From NCBI GenBank assembly GCA_964016885.1, contig OZ024740.1, forward strand, positions 64,852,001 to 64,916,000: a DNA stretch of 64,000 nucleotides. Direction: 5' to 3'. Below, one piece after another: positions 1-12,229 of the stretch. A program made the translations under genes and the position numbers. This DNA is from Eledone cirrhosa (Eukaryota). The notes under the pieces were generated by a model. That model searched no databases. It saw nothing but the letters and a program-made list of their open reading frames with translations, and was not told where the DNA came from. Numbering within the stretch: position 1 is the first letter of the stretch; each line of letters starts with the position of its first letter.

Positions 1-3000
1 CCTCAAAAAAGGCAAAAGTTTAAGGGGCAAAAGAAATATGTTAATAAAAGTATTGCAAGAGATATATATATATAAATAAAATAAGGAAATATAGTAAGGG
101 TATGTGTATAAATGTGTGTATATGCACCTACAAATGTACCTATGTGTGTATGTACAAATGCATGTGTATAGTGAAAAAATGTGTGCGTAAGTACATACAT
201 GAGGGTAAAAATATCAGTGTATGTGTGACCACAAATACGTATATAATATATGTTGAAAAAAAGAAATTGTAAGATAATAGAGTTAACGTATATACAGACT
301 CAGGCACTAAGGATTGAAATATATACGCATACAAGCAAGAAAGCACGCGTATAAACACACACACACGCGCAACCACATACATGCAAGTGATATATATACA
401 TGGAAGGGAGTGTATCAGTCAAAGCAGTGTCAGGCTGAAGGTCGATGCATATATAAAAATATCTAAAATAGGAAAATGAAAAAATGAAAAAATATATGAG
501 AATAAAAAAATTAAATCAAAGAGAAGTAAGAGGGAGGAGTTATCAATTGTAAAGTAACACTAGAAAAATAGAAAACCAGAATAGGTTCGAAAATACACAT
601 ATATATAAATACGTGCAGACAAAAGCACATACATGCGTACATACATACAAAAGCTCGCATACATACACACGAAGCACATATATATACATGCATGTACATC
701 TGATCACACGCACGCACGCGACCATATATATATACATTTATATATATACATATACATATACACACACACACATATATATAAGTATGTAAAAAACATAGAT
801 ATAAATACAGACATACACACAGACATATACACATACGAATGCATTCGTATACATATACACACACGTATACACACATAGGCACACTCACACGCATAGATAC
901 AATATAAAAACCACCCGTATGAATAAATGAGTACAAATTATACGCAAGTAAACATACATAAAAGCGGCTGAGGGACAACATAATATATCTGGAGTTCAAA
1001 ACGCAAGTGACCAGTCATATCAGGTAGTGAAAGAAAAGGGGAAGTAAAATATGTTAAATTGTGAAGATATAAAGTAAGTGAATAAAAAAACGTGAAGTAA
1101 AAATAAAGTTAAAAATAAAAATAAAAGTAAATCAGAAAGAGAAGTCTGTAAAGAGGGTAATTTAAGGAAAGTGAAGAACAAGAGTTTATGGAGGATAAGT
1201 ATCTGAAAGTGAGTTAAGTTTATATGAGCTGGAAAGCAATTGTGAGTTCATGTGTGGGCAACTGGAGAAAATGTCTGTTTTTGCATTTAGGCAGGTTTTT
1301 GGTGATTTAAGGTTCTGTAAAATCCAATATTTTTCACTTATGCAGAGTGCGCATCTTCTTGTTCCTCTTGCATATTCTTTAGATTGGTTCAAAATTGACC
1401 AATCTAATTTATATTGGATACCTTGGTCTTTCAATACCCATATTCTGCTAACCAGAGCTGTTGTAAATCTTTTTTCAGGATGTCGCAAAAGATGCGACAT
1501 GTGAGTAATAACGCGTTTTGAATTTGTCTTGGGTCATATCCACATATCATTCGCTGGTGGCTGGTGGGTTGTTGCTGGTGGTTGTCATTTAGCCGCATAT
1601 ACAATGGCTTTGGTGTTGCATTTACCTTGTCATGGGCATTAACTTTTGACTCTTCAGGAGCAATTTTGATGTTCTCTGGGTATTTTCTTATTGAGGATAT
1701 AAGATTTAATAGGGGGATGGCAGGAGTAGCTGGTTTTGACAACGTTTCTATTGAAGACCTTATAGTATCTATGTGTTCTAGGGAAATGTTTATCTAAGAA
1801 TTTTTGCCTACATTAGTTTTAACTGCTAAAGAGTAGGGGGGTGTAAACCAGATTATTTTTCTTTTCCTATTATTAGGTTTAAAGGAGTTAGTATTGTTGG
1901 GTATGTACTTAATCGGTTCGCTAAATCTGCTATTTTGAAGGGCTTTATTGAGAATAGCTTCTGAGGACGAGAGGGTGGAAATCCTACGGCTAATATTAGG
2001 GATAAGATTTTTTAAAACTATAGGAGGATGGCAAGTGCCTTTATTTATATATTTTAAATTTTCATTAGGTTTATGGTACGGTTTATAAGAAGCAGTAGGT
2101 AGATCTAGGTTTATATCTAGAAAATTAACATTAGAAAGGTTAGTGTCAATGGTAAATTTAAGATTAAAACTAGCGAAGGTTTTTTACTAAGTCTTTCCTG
2201 AATCTATTTAAATTATGGCCTATAGTGGTATGGGAAAGTATTAGACCATCGTCGCGATAAAGCCCAAAGGTATGGTTAGTGAATTTGTCTTTAAGTGTGT
2301 GTAAGGGGAATAGGCCGACTAAATCACACACGTCAGCACTGTCAAACAAACCCATTGAGACATCGAATGAGTTCTCTGGGTTAGATTATTTTACCCAAGT
2401 GTCATTATTATTAAATAGTAAAGTGTTTCTAGCATGCAAAATGACATTCTCTTCAATATCAGAAATATTGATAAACTTTCTAGCGAAATTTACAGCTTTC
2501 GTTAAAAGAGGGTGAGTAATAGACGGGTAGAAGTCTACAATGATAAATTGGGTGAATCTAGAACTATTTTTATCTTTAATATTATTAAACCAATTTACTA
2601 CGGAAGCGCTATTTATCCATTGGAGTAATTCAGACTTACTTCTAATATGTTTGTTTATATTAATTAATATTTTTTTGCTAGCAAGACCGATTTCAGTCTT
2701 AGCAGTTTTGATTAATCTACAACTAGGACGATTAATAAAATCAGGTTTGTGATCTTTGAGGGTGATATAGGCATTAGGTTTAGCAAGTTTTTCTGTTCTA
2801 TTGTCTATTTAAAAAAATTAGCTAATTCTTTAGCTTCCTTATTAATAGTATTATAGGTGTTTATATTAGCTATTTGGTATTTAGAGGTGATGCTATCTGT
2901 TAAGAGTTGGTCATGTAAATTATTATTAACTTCGTATAAGTTTTTAGTTTTGTCAGAGAAAATGAACTTATTTTTAGAAGATTTGAATATTGAAATATCG

Positions 3001-4240
3001 TTAGATAGTTTAGATTGAAAAGGGTTAGAGTACTTACGAAATTTGATTTGGTTGATTAAATGAACTAAGTCTAGTTCAAAAGTGGTAATATATTTTACTC
3101 TTTGCGGGTATTTATGAGACTTTATATCAAAATATTCTGTAGAGTCCGTGTTAAAGTGTCCATTGAAAATCAAAGCTTTCCATCTCATTCTTTTAACAAC
3201 TTTCTCTACTTTGTCTATCAACATTTTAGTGTAGGAAATGTTAGAAATGTTGGGATATTCTTGATGGAGTAATCCAAAGGATGTCAATCCATGTTCAGTA
3301 TTGGTTAAAAATCCTTTTGACTAAAGAGTGCTCGACTTTAAAAGGGCTGGAAGGTGCCAATCTCATAAAAATGTAGAATATGCTACGATCATTCCCTTGG
3401 GAGCTGTATAAGTATTGACATTTCCGGTGAAAATTGGAAAAGTCATAGGAGTGAAGAGTGCTCTATATGTAAGTTACAGAGCTAAATTTAATGTATAATA
3501 AACAATACAATATAATACCTCATTACCAGAGGTTTCCCGAATAAGACGAATACAAGTAACGTCCTCATTCGTTCGTAGGACAAGGCAATTTAAAACATAG
3601 TGAAATATTTGAAAAATCTCCTCAAGAAAGGCAAAAGTTTAACGGGCAAAAAAATATATAAATAAAAGTAATGCAATAAATATATATAAATAAAATAAGG
3701 AAATATAGTAAGGCTATGTGTATAAATGTGTGTATATGCACCTACAAATGTACCTATGTGTGTATGTACAAATGCATGTGTATAGTGAAAAAATGTGTGC
3801 GTAAGTACATACATGAGGGTAAGCATATCAGTGTATGTGTGACCACAAATACGTATATAATATATGTTGAAAAAAAGAAATTGTAAGATAATAGAGTTAA
3901 CGTATATACAGACTCAGGCACTAAGGATTGAAATATATACACATACAAGTATGAAAGCTCGCGTAACCACATACATGCAAGTGTCAAAGCAGTGTCAGGC
4001 TGAAGGTCGATATATATATAAAAAATATAAAATATGAAAATGAAAAAATGAAAATATATATGAGAATAACAAAATTAAATCAAAGAGAAAGTAAGAGGGA
4101 GGGGTTATCAATTATAAAGTAACACTAGAAAAAATAGAAAACATACATAGGTTCGAACATACACATATATATAAATACATGCAGACAAAAGCACATACAT
4201 GCGTACATACATACAAAAGCGCGCATACATACACACGAAG
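1..4240 (-). mobile_element. Penelope-like retroelement (Nematis-like RT with YRDD motif, C-terminal GIY-YIG), with direct pseudo-LTRs; runs off the window start
   Basis: 1-676 is a direct repeat of 3620-4240. The two copies flank a decayed minus-strand RT/GIY-YIG coding region. Confidence 0.85.
1186..3290 (-). pseudogene. Disrupted PLE reverse transcriptase + GIY-YIG endonuclease
   Basis: ORF fragments: KRMRWKA...FSDKTKNLY (2805-3287); MGLFDSADVCDLVGLF...GLYRDDGL (2170-2355); W-x-L...LDWSI...CALCISEKYWI...LNAKTDIFSSCPH (1186-1500). Several frameshifts and stops. Confidence 0.85.
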
Positions 4241-4912
4241 CCAACAGGATCTGTTTCACCAACTAATTTGTTGACAGAATTGATTAGCCTATCCTTCATC
4301 AGCGTGTGTAAGGCTATCCATTTCAGACAACACTAAAATAATCTAAAGCGACCGTCCAGCCACACCTGGTAGAGAGAAATTCACAGCGTGCCTAGGGCAG
4401 CAACCAGTGGACTCTGAAGGACGAGCTGCTAGAAAAGGCAGCCCAAACCACTCAGAGAAGTGTGCTCAACCAAACAGAGAAAGAGAGAGAAGAGACTGTT
4501 ATAAGGAGCGAAATATCGCGATAAATTAACGCTGTGAATTTCTCTCTACCACGATTCTTTTAGTGTTGTCTGAAATGCCTTACACACGCTGATGAACCAT
4601 AGGCTAATCATTTCTCTCAACACATTAGTTGGTGAAACAGATCCTGTTGGATTTGTACGTGTGTGTTAGATAGTTATCAAGGTACGTATTTGCACTTTGA
4701 TTTATACTTTTAATTATTGTGTGTCTACTTTGCCTTCCATGAGCTATAGATTCCATACACTGGTGGTTTTTCCCTGTTTGACTGATGGCGCACTATTTCT
4801 ATCTGGTATGTTATCTTCTCTGCATATTATATTATAAAGGGCTCGGGATTCCTTCTCCTTTGAGCACATTAATGACAGGGAAAAGCGAGAGTCTATGGCT
4901 CCGTTAATTTAT

Positions 4913-4916
<4 letters not shown>
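4241..4916. mobile_element. HHR-bearing short element, family A, as head-to-head inverted duplication
   Basis: ~4241-4390 is inverted relative to ~4530-4655. The 3' end ...ggctccgttaatttatcgtg abuts (AT)n. Same family at 5851-6176 and 37938-38540. Confidence 0.75.
4582..4664 (+). ncRNA. Type I hammerhead ribozyme (GUA site)
   Basis: acacacg-CTGATGA-acca...tggt-GAAA-cagatcc/tgtt/ggatttg-TA-cgtgtgt: full core and all three stems. Confidence 0.9.
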
Positions 4917-4988
<72 letters not shown>

Positions 4989-5536
4989 ATAAGCTCCGTT
5001 CTTCGCTGTGACCCGTCTTTTGTCTGTCCCCTTGCTGCTATCCTCTATCTCCCTCTTCTTCCTCCTTCTCCCTCTTACTTTCGCTCAACCCCTCTGCTAG
5101 TCACCTTCTCTCCGCTAGCCTCCCACTATAACTATCTCTTTCTCACTTCCTCTTACTTTCACTCACTCCCTCTCTGCTAGTCATCCTCTCTCCGCTAGCT
5201 CACTTCCTCCCTCGTCCGCCACTGTACGCAGCATTTCTCTCGCTAACACTGCTACAGCTAAGACGTGTCTTTTCTCTCTCTCGTCAAAGTTCGCCAGTTG
5301 TTACGTTCGAAATGAATTGTTGACTTCATATTTTCCTATTTTTCCTCTCTTTACCTTGCTTCACCCTTCGTGTCTGTTTACATGCCCCCCCCCCTACTTT
5401 TATCCCAATAACTTATTTTAGTTATTGTTCGCCCCAGGCTGAGGTTTATTGTCTATAAAAGCGAAGAAATACCAATGATTCCTAGTAGACAACTGACGAC
5501 GATACCCCTTTCTTTCGCCCGTGACTTTTATTTTTC

Positions 5537-5577
<41 letters not shown>

Positions 5578-5580
<3 letters not shown>

Positions 5581-5760
5581 GTATGTTATTCCGGGTTGTG
5601 TCGGAGGTAACCACAGTAAGCAATATATAGCTGAGTATAAACTTTTTAATATAGATGAAATTCTACAGGACTAGAACTGTTTCATTCTTTAGAAATCATC
5701 AGGAATCAGATTCCTGATGATTTCTAAAGAATGACCCAGTTCTAGTCCTGTAGAATCTCA

Positions 5761-5768
<8 letters not shown>
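5578..5768. mobile_element. Palindromic HHR element, family B, between (TA)n tracts
   Basis: Arms ~5648-5707 and 5709-5768; unpaired tail 5578-5647 similar to 38565-38630. Confidence 0.75.
5660..5706 (-). ncRNA. Type I hammerhead ribozyme (GUA site)
   Basis: Reverse complement attc-CTGATGA-tttctaaagaat-GAAA-cag/ttctagtc/ctg-TA-gaat. The mirror copy at 5709-5757 (+) has GAAA changed to GACC. Confidence 0.85.
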
Positions 5769-5850
<82 letters not shown>

Positions 5851-5854
<4 letters not shown>

Positions 5855-6172
5855 ATAAATTAACGGAGGCATAGGCCCTCGCTATTCCCTGTAAATAATG
5901 TGCTCAAAGGAGAAGAAATCCTGAGCTCTTTAAAATACAATATGTTGAAAAGGTAACACACCAGAGAGAGATATACACTGCGCTGTCTTTGGATTTGTAC
6001 GTGTGTTATATAGTTATAGAGGTATTTATTTACGCTTTAATTTATATTTTTAATTATCGTGTCTATAGTCTGCCTTTCATAGGTTATAGATTCCATACAC
6101 TGGTGGTTTTTTTCCCCTGTTTTATTGATAGCGCACTGTATATCTCTTTCTCGTGTGTTACCTTTTCAACAT

Positions 6173-6176
<4 letters not shown>
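5851..6176. mobile_element. Family A element, truncated and inverted
   Basis: Starts cacgataaattaacggag, the reverse complement of the family A 3' end. Switches strand near 5988, inside HHR stem III (tttggatttgTAcgtgtg). Confidence 0.7.
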
Positions 6177-6217
<41 letters not shown>

Positions 6218-6518
6218 TTATATATATATATGACGATTCATTGCTAATTGATTTGACAGATGAAACCAACAATTCTTTGGTCAGACTGTACAGTTACTTA
6301 AAATTTCTTTGTTTACTGATGAGTGTCTATAGTTATTTAAGTGTGAATATGAACCTTGCCTTTTATCTGTCATTGTATTAATTGAATATTTCTAAAGATA
6401 ATTGTTTCAAAGAAACCCTCTTCTATACAATTCCTAAGCCAATGACCTCTGCTCATCCTCAAAATCATCACCTTCGAATGAAACAGTTCTAGTCCTGCAG
6501 AAGCCATCTATGTATATT

Positions 6519-6568
<50 letters not shown>

Positions 6569-6653
6569 GGGGGGGGGGTATGTGTGTGTGTGCGCGTGTG
6601 TGTGCGCGTGTGTGTGTGCATGTGTGTGTGTCTGTGTGTATGTGCGTATTTTA

Positions 6654-6689
<36 letters not shown>

Positions 6690-6691
<2 letters not shown>

Positions 6692-7510
6692 GATAACAAA
6701 ATATCGTTATATAATCCAATTAGAGGTTGTGAATACCTCTTATTATGGATAGTTTTAGCGTACGGCGTTGCTTGACTGAAAAAGAGGTTTACGTATATGA
6801 CGAGTTTATGATTTCATTTGTATTCCTATGCAAGTTTATCTTGGAGTAATAAAATTGAAAACGTGGAGAATAACATGGTTAACAGTACAAAAACGGGGAT
6901 TTATTTGTAGTCTAACAATTGTTTCACTGATAGAGTTGTCTAAAAATTGCTGAACACTAAAAGTTGTAGTGCCACTCAATTTTAAATACTATGTTAACTC
7001 TATTAGATCTTCGGTAACTGTTAAAAAAATATATATGTAACCGGCAAATTTACAAATTCAAATTACATCATCAATAATAATATTAATAATAAAGATATAG
7101 AGAGATGGTGTATCTACAATCATCTTCTATATATCTTCTCTTTATATTTCTATCTATAATAATTTCTCCTTTTTCTTTTTCTTTTTCTTTTTCTTTTTCC
7201 TTCTTCTTCTTTCTCCTTCCTTTCCTTTCTTTCTTTACTGTATCTATCTCCCTTTCTTCCTCCTTTTCTCTCTATATCTTTATTATTAATATTATTATTG
7301 ATGATGTAATTTGAATTTGTAAATTTGCCGGTTACATATATATTTTTTAACAGTTTCTGAAGATCTATTAGAGTTAACATCGTATTTAAAATAGAGTGGC
7401 ACTACTTTTAGTGTTCAGCAATTTTTAGACAACTCTATCAGTGAAACAATGGTTATACTGCAAATAAATCCCCTTTTTTGTACTGTTGACCAGGTTATTC
7501 TCCACTTTTG
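6690..7510. mobile_element. Inverted-duplicated HHR element between (TA)n tracts
   Basis: ~6865-7105 is inverted relative to ~7267-7505, and both arms carry the HHR motif. Confidence 0.7.
7352..7459 (+). ncRNA. Hammerhead ribozyme with long stem II (GUU site), partly decayed
   Basis: agttt-CTGAAGA-...tagagtt...aactcta...-GAAA-caatgg-TT-atact. The minus copy (6909-7020) reads GAAA-caattg-TT-agact, giving an intact two-arm consensus. Confidence 0.7.
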
Positions 7511-7512
7511 CA

Positions 7513-7555
<43 letters not shown>

Positions 7556-8328
7556 TGTGTGTGTGTGTGTATTTCTATCTATCTATCTAACTATCTCTCT
7601 ATATCAAGTAATTTCAATCACGATTCGCTGACTTTTTATTCTGCTGCATCTTAACTTATTTAATATATATAATATATATATATTATACAGGGCGTAAATT
7701 ATTATATATAATCATGTAAGACTTCTTTACATATAATGTCACCTTGCTATGTACAAGGAATATTTCCTGACCATCTATATCTTAAAGTGAGAATGAAATA
7801 AAATTAGCATAAAGGTCTTGCTCGAGGACATACTAGATCGTTTTTCCTTCTGTGCTACGAAGTTCTTATTTAATTGAAAAATAAATACTCTTACTATTTC
7901 GTGCAAACCAGGTATTACATTCCTAAATTCCATGTTCAATTTCAATATCCAATTTCAACGTACTCGAATGAAGATCCAAATCATTTCACGGATAAAAAAG
8001 ACATAAAGCCTTAAAGTTTGCAATCTGTATTATCAACTGAAATGTACAACATTGATACGGTTTAATACATAGGACTTAAGAAATAATCTACAATTATAAA
8101 TGTTTGTTCCTTCTTGTCATCATATTTTTGATGATCCTCATTCCATGTCTCATATTTTTCTGCTTTCGTTATTAATCCTATTTCTCGTTTTACATTCCTC
8201 TATTTTAATTTCCCATATGAAACTAAACCCAGAAAACTGGAACGAATTTTTAAGAATTATTTCCGCTAAATGATACAAGGGACATAGCGTGTTCTTTTAA
8301 AAAAGACCACCCGCGTTAAGATCACTAC

Positions 8329-8525
8329 CTGACTACCAACCAGGCATAGACAACTGCCAAAAAAATTATAAACATTGTAAGGTTGGCTCCACAACCTACC
8401 CATTTGTATTCACTAGCCTTGCATCGAACTGTGATTATTGGTAGAAGCCCCTTTCCAAGACTGATGAGTTGCGGCATCGAATTCGAAATGCTATTTTTGC
8501 AGTTAACGTCTTGAATCGTTGCCAT
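8329..8525 (-). CDS. Possible first coding exon of a host membrane protein
   Basis: ATG in aagcATGg context, a hydrophobic stretch LTMFIIFLAVVYAWLVV, a CAG|GTAGTG donor at 8328 and a ttttcag acceptor at 8610. Lies in non-repetitive DNA; no homology recognised. Confidence 0.25.
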
Positions 8526-10648
8526 GCTTTAGCCTTCTCAGTAAGATATTTTCTGAGATTCCTCGTTAATACGAATATGCAAGCTTGGATAGCATATTTA
8601 TGTACGCAGCTGAAAATAAATTGAAATGCATTAGCGGCTCCTGTGTTCAATTAAAAAATCTAAAAGTTTCATGGAAAGTGAAACTTTTCTATATGAAAAT
8701 AATGTTGGGTTCTATACTTATTATTCTAACTCAATTTTATAATTGCTATCAAAATGGTAGCAAAATGCATGAACATGGCGCTGTGTTATGTATACCTGAA
8801 AAGTATTACCATTTGACGTGGTTCAGCATAGATTGCACAATCATTGTAAAATATATTTAAGCTCTTAGACATTTAGTTTATTGAACTTAAATTCTTTAAA
8901 ACACCTAATGAGCATATGTAAATAAGTTCAAAATAGTAAAGTGTCTATACTAGCATAATGAACTCATGAATATTAATGTGATGTAAAATAACATTTAAGT
9001 TATGGCTTGTGACAACGAAGAAAATTTAATCAGCTTGTGACTAAAAATATGATAATTTACAGCATAGACTTAGTCTACTGTCTAAGGCAATACAAAACAA
9101 ATATTAAACATCAAATTGCTCTTATTTCTTTATATATGCACTACCTAACTAATATCGTAAATAGCAATATCAAAAACACGAGACACCTAATTTAAAGAGT
9201 ACAGTTTAGAAATAAGACTATGAGAAACGATAACTGAAGGTAGAATGAATTGCGAAATTATAGTTTTCCAAATTAAAACAAAATACCCTGCTCAGCCAAG
9301 ACTGTGCTATTGATTCTTCATCTTTATAGAAAGGAAGAACTATTAATATCTCCTGATGTATCCTCCGCCACATAATTCCTGACCTCAATAATTTTGAAAC
9401 ACAATGTTTTTAGGCAGTCGTAGTGGAAGGCTGGCATAAGTTTAAATATGAGTTCAGTAGTGTACTACCTAACATTTATTGTGTTACTTTTCTTTCGTCC
9501 ATTCTCTATGGTAACGTGGTCGACTTTGTCCTTACTTTGGCGGATGGATAACATAATTATTGTGACAACTGAGCAAAATGTAATAGGTGGATAGCGCATA
9601 GAAGAATTACATTTCCATAGAGACTGATTCGGCATGATTTGCAACTAATGTATTATTATACCAAGTTATTTATCGATCGCTATAATCTGCTACCGAAATC
9701 TAAAGTCAGAGGAATTTTAAAATTCATGAATGCTACAAATGTGTCCCTTCATTCTTAAAATTATAGAATGTTTAACTTCATACGTCTACTTCAATATCAT
9801 GGTTACTAATCAAATGGCTACGAAAGAATCGTACAACAATATATGAGAAGCTTTGTAGATTGAGCTATGCCTGATTTGTAAAGAACCCCCTCTGGGTTCT
9901 CAATTCAGATAGCAGGTATTATGAACTGAGTGACACTAAGTTGTAAATATTTGAATTAATTTTCTAATTAATGTCGAATGAAAAGCTTTAATATAGCAAA
10001 CCTTATATGTTTAACATCTGAAATAAATAAATTTGGATGACTTCACCTTTACAGAAATCTGTTATCACGAATAAAGGTCAAGCAATTGATTTCATTGATA
10101 GCCCGAGAGCGCAAGACAAATAAGAATCCTTTGTTCAGGAGGATTATACAATGGCAATCATTCTAATTTTGTATATCCTATGTAAATACGTTTCCAATCC
10201 TTCAAGGCTGTGGCATATGAGATTGTATGTTATAATTCAAACATCATACTCTTTGAACATTTACTGAAATTGTGAGGAATTAGTTAATTCAAGGCTGTAG
10301 ACATTTCTATCTTCACACGGCCTTTAATTGGATAACTGTGTTAATTAAAGAGTGAGCGGAATTTCAGCTAATAAATAAATGTGAACCTGATTTCACAGAA
10401 GGACTATGTTTATATATCACTACAGATAGTAAATTATCATTATTAATATGGAATTAATTGAGCTACGATATGAAACCCGGTTGTGATCCCGGTTCCCGAA
10501 ACATTGCTCGTTTCAGCTTTCTTATAGCATTGTTTATCACGTGATGCTCTTCCTTGAAATGTTCATCATGGAAAACAATACAGTGAATTCGTGTTAGAAT
10601 ATAAAAGAGGAAGTCCATTTCTCTGTCTATGGATGTAAGTTTAAATTA

Positions 10649-10705
10649 AAACTGGAAATTAACTGGAAATTAACTGGAAATTAAAACTGGAAATTAACTG
10701 GAAAT
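10649..10705 (+). repeat. 11-13 bp minisatellite (aactggaaatt) x5
   Basis: Direct inspection. Confidence 0.8.
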
Positions 10706-11841
10706 ATAACCTCTCATATAATATTATACGTAAAATTAGTATCTAATTTTTGTTTTGTGTAAAATACGGACGATTTATCATCCCCGGAGGAGGAACATTT
10801 CAACTTTTGTTTTGTATCTTTTTTTTTTGTTGTAAAAATCAGTGATACTTATATTTTGAAGACAGATGAAGCAAAGACTTTGGGAAGATGAATAATTTCT
10901 AAACTTCAGTATTTGCAGCAAGTAACCGAACTTGAAAGAAAATTCTAATTGGTCGGCCCAATCACTAAATGATTCAACATATAGCATTAGATAGTAGAAG
11001 GGCATATTTTTCTCTGCACTTTAAGGATTGTATAGAATAATAATATTGCAAATATTTCTTATTTTCTTTTTAATAATTTGAAAATTCTGTATAACACTGC
11101 TTAGACATTAAATGAAATTGCACAACGACTTGGTTATTTGATCTGTCTTTAGTCGATTCGATATTTCGCAACAGGTTAGAAAAATATTTAAAAATTGCCA
11201 TGCAATATTCATCATGCCGCCAGACACTTCTATATTTGTTTGTAACTTTAAATTGTCAACCTTCAAAATCAAATAACCCGAAAGTATTCTTCGCTAGCAA
11301 TTTGAAATGTTGACAAGTAATCATGAAAGATATGGTATTAGAATTAGAAACACATCTTCCCTAGGATGCGAAATATTCCCTCTGGAAAAAGTGTTAATAT
11401 ATTTACTTGACAGCTCTTCAAAATAACATGAAATATTATACCTCAAAAATATTGGAACCAGAGTCAAAATAATTATTCAATTTCTCTTGTGTCAAGTGAC
11501 AAACACTTTCAATATTACTTCAATAATTCGATACAGCGAATACTGCAGTGTATCGTTTTGTTTTAATTAAATCAGCAGCCTTCCTAGGAGGGTGTCAGAA
11601 TAACAGCCCTGGCAATATTTTGATTTCTACGTTAAAGCCACCACGAAAAACACTATACATGTGACGCTAAAATCACTATTCATCCAAAACATCCATCCCG
11701 TAGTTACTTTATAATCAACATTTGAGCCATCTAGTAATCTCCCTGTCAATTCAGACGTCTGTTTGTCTGCATGTTTGTACGCATGAGTGACTGTTTGCCT
11801 GCGCATCTATCTGACAGACTGCCTCTCTGTCTGTTTATATG

Positions 11842-11906
<65 letters not shown>

Positions 11907-12229
11907 CTCTCTTTATGGCTGCAAACTCTGCTAAGAGTAATGCAATCGCTTGTCAGATTCAGATGTGTAACGCTTGGATATGGCTTTTCAAACTGCTAGA
12001 GACTCGCACTCTTTCGCACATTGACGACAACTATGGATCTCCCTGGCCACATGTCTTGCATAAGGTTGCCTGTGAGCCTTCACAATATAGTGGAGATCAT
12101 AGTTCACTGGGTCTCTTTGAACATGGCTGCGACTGTGGCTCTTGAGACTAGATTTGCTCAAGCAAATCTTTTCTCACTCAGGGCATACCAATTCAATGGA
12201 GACACTGATAGTGTCTCGAGATACACCAC

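Noticed and set aside
3520-3590. Expected HHR in the pLTR of the first PLE
   Set aside because: Only GAAA-cctctgg-TA is visible on the minus strand. No CUGANGA box, so not called.
4395-4453. Conserved hairpin gagctgctagaaaaggcagccc (also 38340-38400) as ribozyme or SECIS
   Set aside because: Lacks a correct hammerhead core or SECIS quartet; function not supportable.
8457-8498. CTGATGA...GAAA-tgc-TA hammerhead-like match
   Set aside because: Stem II does not pair, stem I is weak, and there is no repeat or (TA)n context; probably chance.
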